64,000 bases of DNA from Eledone cirrhosa (lineage: Eukaryota): the NCBI GenBank assembly GCA_964016885.1, contig OZ024754.1, forward strand, positions 23,188,001-23,252,000. The letters are read 5' to 3'. This document shows, piece after piece, positions 24,601-39,520 of the stretch. A program made the position numbers and the translations under genes. The notes beneath the pieces are model-generated. The model saw nothing but the letters and a program-made list of their open reading frames with translations, was not told the origin of the DNA and searched no databases. Position 1 is the first letter of the stretch. Each line of letters starts with the position of its first letter.

Positions 24601-27600
24601 TACACCCTAAACAGAAGCCTTAGAATTAGACATAAACTCTAACACCAAATCTTAAACTTAGACTTAAACCCTAACTCCAAGCCTTAGATTTACATTTACA
24701 CCCTAACCCCAAGACTTAGACTTAGACTTAAACCCCAACTACAAGCCTTAGACATAGATTTAAACCCCGAACCTAACCCCAAGTCTTAGACTTAAACCCT
24801 AACCCCAAGCATTAGACTTAAACCCTAACCCCAAGCCTTGGACTTATACTTAAAGCCCATCCCCAAGCCTTAGAATTACACTTACATCCTAACCACAAGC
24901 CTTAGAATTAGACTTAAATCCCCCAACTATAAGCCTTAGACATAGATTTCAACCCCAAACCTAACCCCAAGTCTTAGACTTAAACCCCAACCTTAAGCCT
25001 TAGACTTAGTCTCAAACCACAACCACAAGCCTTAGACATAGATTTAAACCCACACCTAACCCCAAGTCTTAGACTTAAACCCTAACCCCAAGCCTTAGAC
25101 TTACACTTACACCCTAACCACAGGCCTTAGAATTAGACTTAAACCCTAAACCCAAGCCTTAAACTTAGACTTAAACCCTAACCACAAGCTTTAGACTTAC
25201 ATTTACACCCTAACCCCAAGCCTTAGACTTAATACCTGACCCCAAACCTTAGACTTAGCCTTAAACCCCAACACTAAGCCTTAGACTTAGACTTAAACCC
25301 TAACCCCAAGCCTTAGACTTAGACTTAAACCTCAACCCCAAGCCTTAAACTTAGACTTAAAACCTAACTCCAAGCCTTAGACTTACATTTACACCCTAAC
25401 CCCAAAACTTAGACTTAGACTTAAACCCCAAACCTTAAGCCTTAGACTTAGACTTAAACCCCAACCACAAACCTTAGAATTAGATTTAAAGCCCAACTAC
25501 AAGCCTTACACATAGATTTAAACACCAGACCTAACCCCAAGTCTTAGACTTAAACCCTAATCGCAAGCCTTGGACTTACACTTACGCCTTAACCCCAAGC
25601 CTTAGATTTAAAATTAAACCCCAACCACAAGCCTTAGACATAGATTTAAATCCTAACCCCTAGTCTCAGAAACAGACCTAAACCCCAACCCCAAGCCTTA
25701 TACTTAGACCCTAAACCCAAGCCTTAGACTTAAACCCTAACCCCAAGCCTTAGACTTAAACCCTAACCCCAAACCTTAGACTTAGTCTTAAACCACATCA
25801 CTAAGCCTTAGACTTAGATTTAAACCCCATCCCCATGCCTTAGACTTACTTACACCGTAACCACAAGCCTTAGAATTAGACTTAAACCCATTAGACCTAA
25901 CCCCAAGTCTTAGACTTAAACCCTAATCCCAAGCCTTGGACTTACACTTACGCCTTAACCCCAAGACTTAGACATAGACTTAAAACCCAAACTTAAGCCT
26001 TAGATTTAAAATTAAACCCCAACCACAAGCCTTAGACATAGATTTAAATCCTAACCCCTAGTCTCAGGAACAGACCTAAACCCCAACCCCAAGCCTTAGA
26101 CTTAAACCCTAACCCCAAGCCTTAGACTTAAACCCTAACCCCAAACCTTAGACTTAGTCTTAAACCCTATCACTAAGCCTTAGACTTAGATTTAAACCCC
26201 ATCCCCAAGCCTTAGACTGACTTACACCGTAACCACAAGCCTTAGAATTAGACTTAAACCCCAACTACCAGCCTGAGACATAGATTTAAACCCCAAACCT
26301 AACCCCGAGTCTTAGACTTAAATCCTAACCCCAAGCCTTAGACTTAGACTTAAACCGCAACCCCAAGCTTAAGACTTACACTTACACCTTAATCACAAGA
26401 CTTAGAATTAGACTTACATACCAACTACAAGCCTTAGACATAGATTTAAACAACAAATTTAACCCCAAGTCTTAGAGCTAAACCCTAATCCCAAGCCTTA
26501 GACTTAAACCCTAACCCCATGCCGTAAACTTAGACTTTAACCCTGAGCCCAAGCCTTAGACTTACACTTACACCCTAACACCAAGAATTAGACGTAGACT
26601 TAAACCCTAAACCCAAACATTAGACATAGACTTAAACCTCAACATTACACCTTAGACTTAGACTTAAACACAAACTACAAACCTTAGACATAGATTTGAA
26701 TCCCAAACCTATACGCAAGACTTAGATTTAAACCCTAACCCCAAGTCTTAGACTTACACTTATACCCTCACCCTAAGCCTTAGAATTAGACTTAAATCAC
26801 AACTACAAGCCTTACACATAGATTTAAACCCCAAACCTAACCCCAAGTCTTAGACTTAAACCCTAACCCCAAGCCTTAGACTTAGACTTAAAAACCAACC
26901 CCAAAACTTAGACTTAAACCCTAACCCCATGCCTTAAACTTAGATTTAAACCCCAACTCCAAGCCTTACATTTAGACTTAACTCCAACCCCAAGCCTTAA
27001 ACTTAGACTTAAACCCTAATCCCAGGCCTCAGAAATAGACTTAAAACCCAACCCCAAGCCTTAGACTTAGACCCTAAACCCAAGCCTTAGACATAAACCC
27101 TAACCCCAAGCCTTAGACTTAAACCCTAACCCCAAACCTTAGACTTAGTCTTAAACCCCATCACTAAGCCTTAGACTTAGATTTAAACCCCATCCCCAAG
27201 CCTTAGACTTACTTACACCCTAACCACAAGCCTTAGAATTAGACTTAAACCCCACCTACCAGCCTGAGACATAGATTTAAACCCCAAACCTAACCCCAAG
27301 TCTTAGACTTACACCCTAACCCCAAGCCTTAGACTTAAACCGCAACCCCAAGCTTTAGACTTACACTTACACCTTAATAACAAGCCTTAGAATTAGACTT
27401 ACATACCAACTACAAGCCTTAGACATAGATTTAAACACCAAATTTAACCCCAAGTCTTAGAGCTAAACCCTAACCCCAAGCCTTAGACTTAAACCCTAAC
27501 CCCAAGCCTTAGACTTAGACTTTAACCGCAACCCCAAGACTTAGACTTAAACCCTAACCCCATGCCGTAAACTTAGATTTTAACCCTGAGCCCAAGCCTT

Positions 27601-28799
27601 AGACTTACACTTACACCCTAACACCAAGAATTAGACGTAGACTTAAACCCTAAACCCAAATCTTAGACATAGACTTAAACCTCAACTTTACGCCTTAGAC
27701 TTAGACTTAAACACAAACTACAAACCTTAGACATAGATTTAAACCCCAAACCTAAACGCAAGTCTTAGACTTAAACCCTAACCCTAAGCCTAAGACGTTC
27801 ACCCTAACTCCAAGCCTTAGGCGTAGCCTTAAACCCAAACCCTAAGCCTTAGACTTAGACTTAAAACCTAACCACAAGCCTTAGAATTAGACTAAAAACC
27901 TAACCCCAAGCTTTAAACTTAGACTTAAAGCCTAACCACAAGATTAGACTTACATTTACACCCTAACCCCAAGGTTTAGAATTAGACTTAAACGCCAACA
28001 TTAAGCCTTGGACTTAGACTTAAACCACAACCACAAGACTTAGACATAGATTTAAACCCCAAACCTAACCCAAAGTCTTAGACTTAAACCCTAACCCCAA
28101 GCCTCAGACTTAAACCCTAACCCCCAAGCCTAAGACTTACACTTACACCCTAACCACATGCCTTAGAATTAGACATAAACCCTAACCCCAAGCCTTAAAC
28201 TTAGACTTAAACCCTAACCCCAAGACTTAGACTTAGACTCAAACCCCAAACTTAAGCCTTAGACTTAGACTTAAACCCTAACCCCAAGCATTAGACTTAC
28301 ATTTACACCCTACCCATAAGCCGGAGAATTAGACTTAAACCCAAAATACAAGCCATACATATAGATTTAAGCCCCAAACCTAACCCCAAGTCTTAGACTT
28401 AAACCCTAACCCGAAGCCTTAGACTTATACCCTAACCCCAAGCCTTAGACTTAGACTTAAACCCCAACCACAAGAGTTAGACTTATACTTAAACCCTAAC
28501 CCCATGCCTAAAACTTAGACTTAAACCATAACCCCAAGTCTTAGACTTACACTTATACCCTCACCTTAAGCCTTAGAATTAGACTTAAACCCCAACTACA
28601 AGCCTTACACATAGATTTAAACCCCAAACCTAACCCCAAGTCTTACACTTAAACCCTAACCCCAAGCCTTAGACTTAGACTTAAAACCCAACCCCAAAAC
28701 ATAGACTTAAACCCTAACCCCATGCCTTAAACTTAGATTTAAACCCCAACTCCAAGCCTTACATTTAGACTTAACTCCAACCCCAAGCCTTAAACTTAG

Positions 28800-31700
28800 A
28801 CTTAAACCCTAACACCAAGCCTCTGAAATAGACTTAAACCCTAACCCCAAGCCTTAGACATAGACTTACATCCCAACTCCTAGCCTTAGACTTAAACCCT
28901 AACCCCAAGCCTTAGACTTAAACCCTAACCGCAAGCCTTAGACTTAAACCCTAACCCAAACCTTAGACTTAACCTTAAACCCCATCACTAAGTCTTAGAA
29001 TTAGACTTATACACCAAATACAAGCCTTATATTTAGATTTAAACACCAAACCTAACCCCAAGTCTTAGACATAGACCCTAAGCCCAAGCCTAATACTTAA
29101 AGCCCAACCCCATGCCTTAAACTTACACTTAAACCCTGAGCCCAAGCCCTAGACTTACACTTACACTCTAACAGCAAGACTTAGACGTAGACTTAAACCG
29201 TAACCCCAAGCCTTAGACATAGACTTAAACCTCAAACTTAACCCTAAGCCTTAGACTTATACTTACACCCAAACGACAAGCCTTAGAATTACACTTAAAA
29301 CCTAACCCCAAGACTTAGACTTAGACTTTAACCACAACATTAAGCCTTGGACTTAGACTTAAACCACAACCACAAGACTTAGACATAGATTTAAACCCCA
29401 AACCAAACCGCAAGTCTTAGACTTAAACCCTAACCCCAAGCCTTAGACGTAAACCCTAACCACAAGCGTTAGACTTATACTTAAACCCCATCCCCAAGCG
29501 TTAGACTTAGACTTAAACCCTAACCCCAAGCCTTAGACTTACACTTACACCCTAACCACAAGCCTTGGAATTAGACTTAAACCCCAACTACAAGCCTTAC
29601 ACATAGATTTAAACCCCAAACCTAACCCCAAGTCTTAGACTTAAACCTTAGCCCCAAGCCTTAGACTTAAACCCTAACCCCAAGCCTTAGACGTACACTT
29701 ACATCCTAACCCCAAGCCGTAGATTTAAACCCCATCCCCAAGCCTTATACTTACACTTACACCCTAACCACAAGCATTAGAATTAAACTTAAACACCAGC
29801 TACAAGGCATAGACATAGATTTAAACCCCAAACCTAACCCCAAGTCTTAGACTTAAAACCTAACCACAAGCCTTAGAATTAGACTTAAAACCTAACCCCA
29901 AGCTTTAAACTTAGACTTAAACCCTAACCACAAGATTAGACTTACATTTACACCGTAACCCCAAGATTTAGACTTAGACTTAAACGCCAACATTAAGCCT
30001 TAGACTTAGACTTAAACCACAACCACAAGACTTAGACATAGATTTAAACTCCAAACCTAACCCAAAGTCTTAGACTTAAACCCTAACCCGAAGCCTTAGA
30101 CTTAGACTTAAACCCCAACCACAAGACTTAGACTTATACTTAAACCCTAACCCCATGCCTAAAACTTAGACTTAAACCCTAACACCAAGTCTTAGACTTA
30201 CACATATACCCTCACCCTAAGCCTTAGAATTAGACTTAAACCCCAACTACAAGCCTTACACGTAGATTTAAACCCCAAACCTAACCCCAAGTCTTAGACT
30301 TAAACCCTAACCCCAAGCCTTAGACTTAGCCTTAAAACCCAACCCCAAAACTTAGACTTAAACCCTAACCCCATGCCTTAAACTTAGATTTAAACCCCAA
30401 CTCCAAGCCTTACATTTAGACTTAACTCCAACCCCAAGCCTTAAACTTAGACTTAAAGCCTAATCCCAGGCCTCAGAAATAGACTTAAAACCCAACCCCA
30501 AGCCTTTGAGTTCGACTTAAAGCCCAACTCTTAGCCTTAAATTAAACCTTAACCCCAAGTCTTAGACTTAAACCCTAACCCCAAGCCTTAGACTTAGACT
30601 GAAACCCAATCCCCAAGCCTTAGCCTTACACTTACACTCTATCCACAAGCCTTAGACTTAGAGTTAACTCCAACCACAAGTCTTAAACTTAGACTTAAAC
30701 CCTAACGCCATGCCTTAAACTTAGACTTAAACCCTAACCACAAGCCTTAGACTTACACTTACACCCTAACCACAAGCCTTACAATTAGACTTAAACCCAA
30801 ACTACAAGCCTTAAACATAGATTTCAACCCCAAACCTAACCCCAAATCTTAGGCTTAAACCCTAACCACTAGACTAAGACTTAAACCCTAACCCCAAGCC
30901 TTAGACTTAGACTTAAACCCAACCCCAAAACTTAAAACTTAGACTTAAACCCTAACCCCATGCCTTAAACTTAGACTTAAACACCAACCCCAAGCCTTAA
31001 ATTTAGACTTAAACACCAACCCCAAGCCTTAAACTTAGACTTAAACCCTAACACCAAGCCTCTGAAATAGACTTAAACCCCAACCAAAAGCCTTAGACAG
31101 ACTTACATCCCAACTCCTAGCCTTAGACTTAAACCCTAACCCCACGCCTTAGACTTAAACCCTAACCGCAAGCCTTAGACTTAAACCCTAACCCAAACCT
31201 TAGACTTAACCTTAAACCCCATCACTAAGTCTTAGAATTAGACTTATACACCAAATACAAGCCTTATATTTAGATTTAAACACCAAACCTAACCCCAAGT
31301 CTTAGACATAGACCCTAAGCCCAAGCCTAATACTTAAAGCCCAACCCCATGCCTTAAACTTACACTTAAACCCTGAGCCCAAGCCCTAGACTTACACTTA
31401 CACTCTAACAGCAAGACTTAGACGTAGACTTAAACCGTAACCCCAAGCCTTAGACATAGACTTAAACCTCAAACTTAACCCTAAGCCTTAGACTTACACT
31501 TACACCCAAACGACAAGCCTTAGAATTACACTTAAAACCTAACCCCAAGACTTAGACTTAGACTTTAACCACAACATTAAGCCTTGGACTTAGACTTAAA
31601 CCACAACCACAAGACTTAGACATAGATTTAAACCCCAAACCAAACCGCAAGTCTTAGACTTAAACCCTAACCCCAAGCCTTAGACGTAAACCCTAACCAC

Positions 31701-33050
31701 AAGCGTTAGACTTATACTTAAACCCCATCCCCAAGCGTTAGACTTAGACTTAAACCCTAACCCCAAGCCTTAGACTTACACTTACACCGTAACCACAAGC
31801 CTTGGAATTAGACTTAAACCCCAACTACAAGCCTTACACATAGATTTAAACCCCAAACCTAACCCCAAGTCTTAGACTTAAACCTTAGCCCCAAGCCTTA
31901 GACTTAAACCCTAACCCCAAGCCTTAGACGTACACTTACATCCTAACCCCAAGCCGTAGATTTAAACCCCATCCCCAAGCCTTATACTTACACTTACACC
32001 CTAACCACAAGCATTAGAATTAAACTTAAACACCAGCTACAAGGCATAGACATAGATTTAAACCCCAAACCTAACCCCAAGTCTTAGACTTAAAACCTAA
32101 CCACAAGCCTTAGAATTAGACTTAAAACCTAACCCCAAGCTTTAAACTTAGACTTAAACCCTAACCACAAGATTAGACTTACATTTACACCGTAACCCCA
32201 AGATTTAGACTTAGACTTAAACGCCAACATTAAGCCTTAGACTTAGACTTAAACCACAACCACAAGACTTAGACATAGATTTAAACTCCAAACCTAACCC
32301 AAAGTCTTAGACTTAAACCCTAACCCGAAGCCTTAGACTTAGACTTAAACCCCAACCACAAGACTTAGACTTATACTTAAACCCTAACCCCATGCCTAAA
32401 ACTTAGACTTAAACCCTAACCCCAAGTCTTAGACTTACACATATACCCTCACCCTAAGCCTTAGAATTAGACTTAAACCCCAACTACAAGCCTTACACGT
32501 AGATTTAAACCCCAAACCTAACCCCAAGTCTTAGACTTAAACCCTAACCCCAAGCCTTAGACTTAGCCTTAAAACCCAACCCCAAAACTTAGACTTAAAC
32601 CCTAACCCCATGCCTTAAACTTAGATTTAAACCCCAACTCCAAGCCTTACATTTAGACTTAACTCCAACCCCAAGCCTTAAACTTAGACTTAAACCCTAA
32701 TCCCAGGCCTCAGAAATAGACTTAAAACCCAATCCCAAGCCTTTGAGTTCGACTTAAAGCCCAACTCTTAGCCTTAAATTAAACCCTAACCCCAAGCCTT
32801 AGACTTAGACTGAAACCCAATCCCCAAGCTTTAGACTTACACTTACACTCTATCCACAAGCCTTAGACTTAGAGTTAACTCCAACCACAAGTCTTAAACT
32901 TAGACTTAAACCCTAACCACAAGCCTTAGACTTACACTTACACCCTAACCACAAGCCTTAGAATTAGACTTAAACCCAAACTACAAGCCTTAAACATAGA
33001 TTTCAACCCCAAACCTAACCCCAAATCTTAGGCTTAAACCCTAACCACTA
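28800..33050 (+). repeat. Tandem higher-order duplication, offset 2237 bp
   Basis: AGCCCAACCCCATG at 29101/31338 and CACATATACCC at 30201/32438. Ends are approximate. Confidence 0.85.
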
Positions 33051-36000
33051 GACTAAGACTTAAACCCTAACCCCAAGCCTTAGACTTAGACTTAAACCCA
33101 ACCCCAAGACTTAGACTTAGACTTAAACCCTAACCCCATGCCTTAAACTTAAACACCAACCCCAAGCCTTAGATTTAGACTTAACTCCAACCCCAAGTCT
33201 TAAACTTAGACTTAAAACCTAACCCCAAGCCTCTGAAATAGACTTAAACGCCAACCCCAAGCCTTAGACATAGACTTACATCCCAACTCCTAGCCTTAGA
33301 CTTAAACCCTAACCCCAAGCCTTAGACTTAAACCCTAACTGCAAGCCTTAGACTTAAACCCTAACCCCAAACCTTAGACTTAACCTTAAACCCCATCACT
33401 AAGTCTTAGAATTAGACTTAAACCCCAAATACAAGCCTTATACATAGATTTAAACACCAAACCTAACCCCAAGTCTTAGACATAGACCCTAACCCCAAGT
33501 CTAATACTTAAACCCTTACCCCAAGCCTTAGACTTAGACTTAAACCCTAACCCCATGCCTTAATCTTACACTTAAACCCTGAGCCCAAGCCCTAGACTTA
33601 CACTTACACTCTAACAGCAAGACTTAGACGTAGACTTAAACCCTAACCCCAAGCCTTAGACATAGACTTAAACCTCAAACTTAACCCAAAGCCTTAGACT
33701 TAAACCCTAACCCTAAGCCTTAGACTTACATTTACACCCAAACGACAAGCCTTAGAATTACACTTAAAAGCTAACCCCAAGACTTAGACTTAGACTTAGA
33801 CTTAAACCACAACATTAAGCCTTGGACTTAGACTTAAACCACAACCACAAGACTTAGACATAGATTTAAACCCCAAACCAAACCGCAAGTCTTAGACTTA
33901 AACCCTAACCCCAAGCCTTAGACGTAAACCCTAACCCCAAGCGTTAGACTTAGACTTAAACCCCATCCCCAAGCGTTAGACTTAGACTTAAACCCTAACC
34001 CCAAGCCTTAGACTTACACTTACACCCTAACCACAAGCCTTGGAATTAGACTTAAACCCCAACTACAAGCCTTACACATAGATTTAAACCCCAAACCTAA
34101 CCCCAAGTCTTAGACTTAAACCTTAGCCCCAAGCCTTAAACTTAAACCCTAACCCCAAGCCTTAGACGTACACTTACATCCTAACCCCAAGCCTTAGACT
34201 TAGACTTAAACCCCATCCCCAAGCCTTAGACTTACACTTACACCCTAACCACAAGCCTTAGAATTAAATTTTAAACACCAGCTACAAGCCTTAGACATAG
34301 ATTTAAACCCAAAACCTAACCCCAAGCCTTAGACGTAAACCCTAACCCCAAGCGTTAGACTTAGACTTAAACCCTAACCCCAAGCCTTAGACTTACACTT
34401 ACACCCTAACCACAAGCCTTAGAATTAAATTTTAAACACCAGCTACAAGCCTTAGACATAGATTTAAACCCCAAACCTAACCCCAAGTCTTAGACTTAAA
34501 TCCTAACCCCAAGCGTTAGACTTTGTCTTAAACCACACACCCAAGACTTAGCCTTAGACTTAAACCCTAACCCCAAGCCGTAGACTTAATCCCTAAACCC
34601 AAGCCTTAGACGTAGACTTAAACCCCATCCCCAAGCGTATGACTTAGACTTAAACCCTAACCCCAAGCCTTAGACTTACACTTACACCCTAACCACAGGC
34701 CTTAGAATTAGACTTAAACCCCAACTACAAGTCTTACACATAGATTTAAACCCCAAACGTAACCCCAAGTCTTAAACTTAAACCTTAGCCCCAAGCCTTA
34801 GACTTAAAGCCTAACCCCAAGCCTTAGACGTACACTTACATCCTAACACCAAGCCTTACACATAGACTTAAACCCCATCCCTAAGCCTTAGACTTACACT
34901 TACACCCTAACCACAAGCCTTAGAATTACACTTAAACACCAGCTACAAGTCTTAGACATAGATTAAAACCCCAAACGTAACCCCAAGTCTTAGACTTAAA
35001 TCCTAACCCCAAGCGTTAGACTTTGTCTTAAACCACACACCCAAGACTTAGCCTTAGACTTAAACCCTAACCCCATGCCTTAAACTTAGACTTAAACCCC
35101 AAACCCAAGCCGTAGACTTAATTCCTAAACCCAAGCCTTATACGTAGACTTACATCCTAACACCAAGCCTTAGACTTAGACTTAAACCCCATCCCCAAGC
35201 CTTAGACTTACACTTACACCCTAACCACATGCCTTTGAATTAGACTTAAACCCTAACCCCATGCCTTAAACTTACACTTACACTCTAACAGCAAGACTTA
35301 GACGTAGACTTAAACCCTAACCCCAAGCCTTAGACATAGACTTAAACCTCAACCTTAAGCCAAAGCCTTAGACTTAAACCCTAACCCCAAGCCTTAGACT
35401 TACACTTACACCCAAACGACAAGCCTTAGAATTACACTTAAAAGCTAACCCCAAGACTTAGACTTAGACTTAAACCACAACATTAAGCCTTGGACTTAGA
35501 CTTAAACCACAACCACAAGACTTAGACATAGATTTAAACCCCAAACCTAACCCAAAGTCTTAGACTTAAACCCTAACCCCAAGCCTTAGACGTAAACCCT
35601 AACCCCAAGCGTTAGACTTATACTTAAACCCCATCCCCAAGCGTTAGACTTAGACTTAAACCCTAACCCCAAGCCTTAGACTTACACTTACACCCTAACC
35701 ACAAGCCTTGGAATTAGACTTAAACCCCAACTACAAGCCTTACACATAGATTTAAACCCCAAACCTAACCCCAAGTCTTAGACTTAAACCTTAGCCCCAA
35801 GCCTTAGACTTAAACCCTAACCCCAAGCCTTAGACGTACACTTACATCCTAACCCCAAGCCGTAGATTTAAACCCCATCCCCAAGCCTTATACTTACACT
35901 TACACCCTAACCACAAGCATTAGAATTAAACTTAAACACCAGCTACAAGGCATAGACATAGATTTAAACCCCAAACCTAACCTCAAGTCTTAGACTTAAA

Positions 36001-39000
36001 ACCTAACCACAAGCCTTAGAATTAGACTTAAAACCTAACCCCAAGCTTTAAACTTAGACTTAAACCCTAACCACAAGATTAGACTTACATTTACACCGTA
36101 ACCCCAAGATTTAGACTTAGACTTAAACGCCAACATTAAGCCTTAGACTTAGACTTAAACCACAACCACAAGACTTAGACATAGATTTAAACTCCAAACC
36201 TAACCCAAAGTCTTAGACTTAAACCCTAACCCGAAGCCTTAGACTTAGACTTAAACCCCAACCACAAGACTTAGACTTATACTTAAACCCTAACCCCATG
36301 CCTAAAACTTAGACTTAAACCCTAACCCCAAGTCTTAGACTTACACATATACCCTCACCCTAAGCCTTAGAATTAGACTTAAACCCCAACTACAAGCCTT
36401 ACACGTAGATTTAAACCCCAAACCTAACCCCAAGTCTTAGACTTAAACCCTAACCCAAGCCTTAGACTTAGCCTTAAAACCCAACCCCAAAACTTAGACT
36501 TAAACCCTAACCCCATGCCTTAAACTTAGATTTAAACCCCAACTCCAAGCCTTACATTTAGACTTAACTCCAACCCCAAGCCTTAAACTTAGACTTAAAC
36601 CCTAATCCCAGGCCTCAGAAATAGACTTAAAACCCAACCCCAAGCCTTTGAGTTAGACTTAAAGCCCAACTCTTAGCCTTAAATTAAACCCTAACCCCAA
36701 GCCTTAGACTTAGACTGAAACCCAATCCCCAAGCTTTAGACTTACACTTACACTCTATCCACAAGCCTTAGACTTAGAGTTAACTCCAACCACAAGTCTT
36801 AAACTTAGACTTAAACCCTAACCACAAGCCTTAGACTTACACTTACACCCTAACCACAAGCCTTAGAATTAGACTTAAACCCAAACTACAAGCCTTAAAC
36901 ATAGATTTCAACCCCAAACCTAACCCCAAATCTTAGGCTTAAACCCTAACCACTAGACTAAGACTTAAACCCTAACCCCATGCCTTAAACTTAGACTTAA
37001 ACACCAACCCCAAGCCTTAGATTTAGACTTAACTCCAACCCCAAGTCTTAAACTTAGACTTAAAACCTAACCCCAAGCCTCTGAAATAGACTTAAACGCC
37101 AACCCCAAGCCTTAGACATAGACTTACATCCCAACTCCTAGCCTTAGACTTAAACCCTAACCCCAAGCCTTAGACTTAAACCCTAACTGCAAGCCTTAGA
37201 CTTAAACCCTAACCCCAAACCTTAGACTTAACCTTAAACCCCATCACTAAGTCTTAGAATTAGACTTAAACCCCAAATACAAGCCTTATACATAGATTTA
37301 AACACCAAACCTAACCCCAAGTCTTAGACATAGACCCTAACCCCAAGTCTAATACTTAAACCCTTACCCCAAGCCTTAGACTTAGACTTAAACCCTAACC
37401 CCATGCCTTAATCTTACACTTAAACCCTGAGCCCAAGCCCTAGACTTACACTTACACTCTAACAGCAAGACTTAGACGTAGACTTAAACCCTAACCCCAA
37501 GCCTTAGACATAGACTTAAACCTCAAACTTAACCCAAAGCCTTAGACTTAAACCCTAACCCTAAGCCTTAGACTTACATTTACACCCAAACGACAAGCCT
37601 TAGAATTACACTTAAAAGCTAACCCCAAGACTTAGACTTAGACTTAGACTTAAACCACAACATTAAGCCTTGGACTTAGACTTAAACCACAACCACAAGA
37701 CTTAGACATAGATTTAAACCCCAAACCAAACCGCAAGTCTTAGACTTAAACCCTAACCCCAAGCCTTAGACGTAAACCCTAACCCCAAGCGTTAGACTTA
37801 GACTTAAACCCCATCCCCAAGCGTTAGACTTAGACTTAAACCCTAACCCCAAGCCTTAGACTTACACTTACACCCTAACCACAAGCCTTGGAATTAGACT
37901 TAAACCCCAACTACAAGCCTTACACATAGATTTAAACCCCAAACCTAACCCCAAGTCTTAGACTTAAACCTTAGCCCCAAGCCTTAAACTTAAACCCTAA
38001 CCCCAAGCCTTAGACGTACACTTACATCCTAACCCCAAGCCTTAGACTTAGACTTAAACCCCATCCCCAAGCCTTAGACTTACACTTACACCCTAACCAC
38101 AAGCCTTAGAATTAAATTTTAAACACCAGCTACAAGCCTTAGACATAGATTTAAACACAAAACCTAACCCCAAGCCTTAGACGTAAACCCTAACCCCAAG
38201 CGTTAGACTTAGACTTAAACCCTAACCCCAAGCCTTAGACTTACACTTACACCCTAACCACAAGCCTTAGAATTAAATTTTAAACACCAGCTACAAGCCT
38301 TAGACATAGATTTAAACCCCAAACCTAACCCCAAGTCTTAGACTTAAATCCTAACCCCAAGCGTTAGACTTTGTCTTAAACCACACACCCAAGACTTAGC
38401 CTTAGACTTAAACCCTAACCCCAAGCCGTAGACTTAATCCCTAAACCCAAGCCTTAGACGTAGACTTAAACCCCATCCCCAAGCGTATGACTTAGACTTA
38501 AACCCTAACCCCAAGCCTTAGACTTACACTTACACCCTAACCACAGGCCTTAGAATTAGACTTAAACCCCAACTACAAGTCTTACACATAGATTTAAACC
38601 CCAAACGTAACCCCAAGTCTTAAACTTAAACCTTAGCCCCAAGCCTTAGACTTAAACCCTAACCCCAAGCCTTAGACGTACACTTACATCCTAACACCAA
38701 GCCTTACACATAGACTTAAACCCCATCCCTAAGCCTTAGACTTACACTTACACCCTAACCACAAGCCTTAGAATTACACTTAAACACCAGCTACAAGTCT
38801 TAGACATAGATTAAAACCCCAAACGTAACCCCAAGTCTTAGACTTAAATCCTAACCCCAAGCGTTAGACTTTGTCTTAAACCACACACCCAAGACTTAGC
38901 CTTAGACTTAAACCCTAACCCCATGCCTTAAACTTAGACTTAAACCCCAAACCCAAGCCGTAGACTTAATTCCTAAACCCAAGCCTTATACGTAGACTTA

Positions 39001-39520
39001 CATCCTAACACCAAGCCTTAGACTTAGACTTAAACCCCATCCCCAAGCCTTAGACTTACACTTACACCCTAACCACATGCCTTTGAATTAGACTTAAACC
39101 CTAACCCCATGCCTTAAACTTACACTTACACTCTAACAGCAAGACTTAGACGTAGACTTAAACCCTAACCCCAAGCCTTAGACATAGACTTAAACCTCAA
39201 CCTTAAGCCAAAGCCTTAGACTTAAACCCTAACCCCAAGCCTTAGACTTACACTTACACCCAAACGACAAGCCTTAGAATTACACTTAAAAGCTAACCCC
39301 AAGACTTAGACTTAGACTTAAACCACAACATTAAGCCTTGGACTTAGACTTAAACCACAACCACAAGACTTAGACATAGATTTAAACCCCAAACCTAACC
39401 CAAAGTCTTAGACTTAAACCCTAACCCCAAGCCTTAGACGTAAACCCTAACCCCAAGCGTTAGACTTAGACTTAAACCCCATCCCCAAGCGTTAGACTTA
39501 GACTTAAACCCTAACCCCAA
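31650..39520 (+). repeat. Tandem higher-order duplication, offset 3848-3906 bp
   Basis: TAACTGCAAG at 33336/37184 and AAGCGTATGA at 34633/38481 (offset 3848); CACATATACCC at 32438/36344 (offset 3906). Ends are approximate. Confidence 0.85.
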
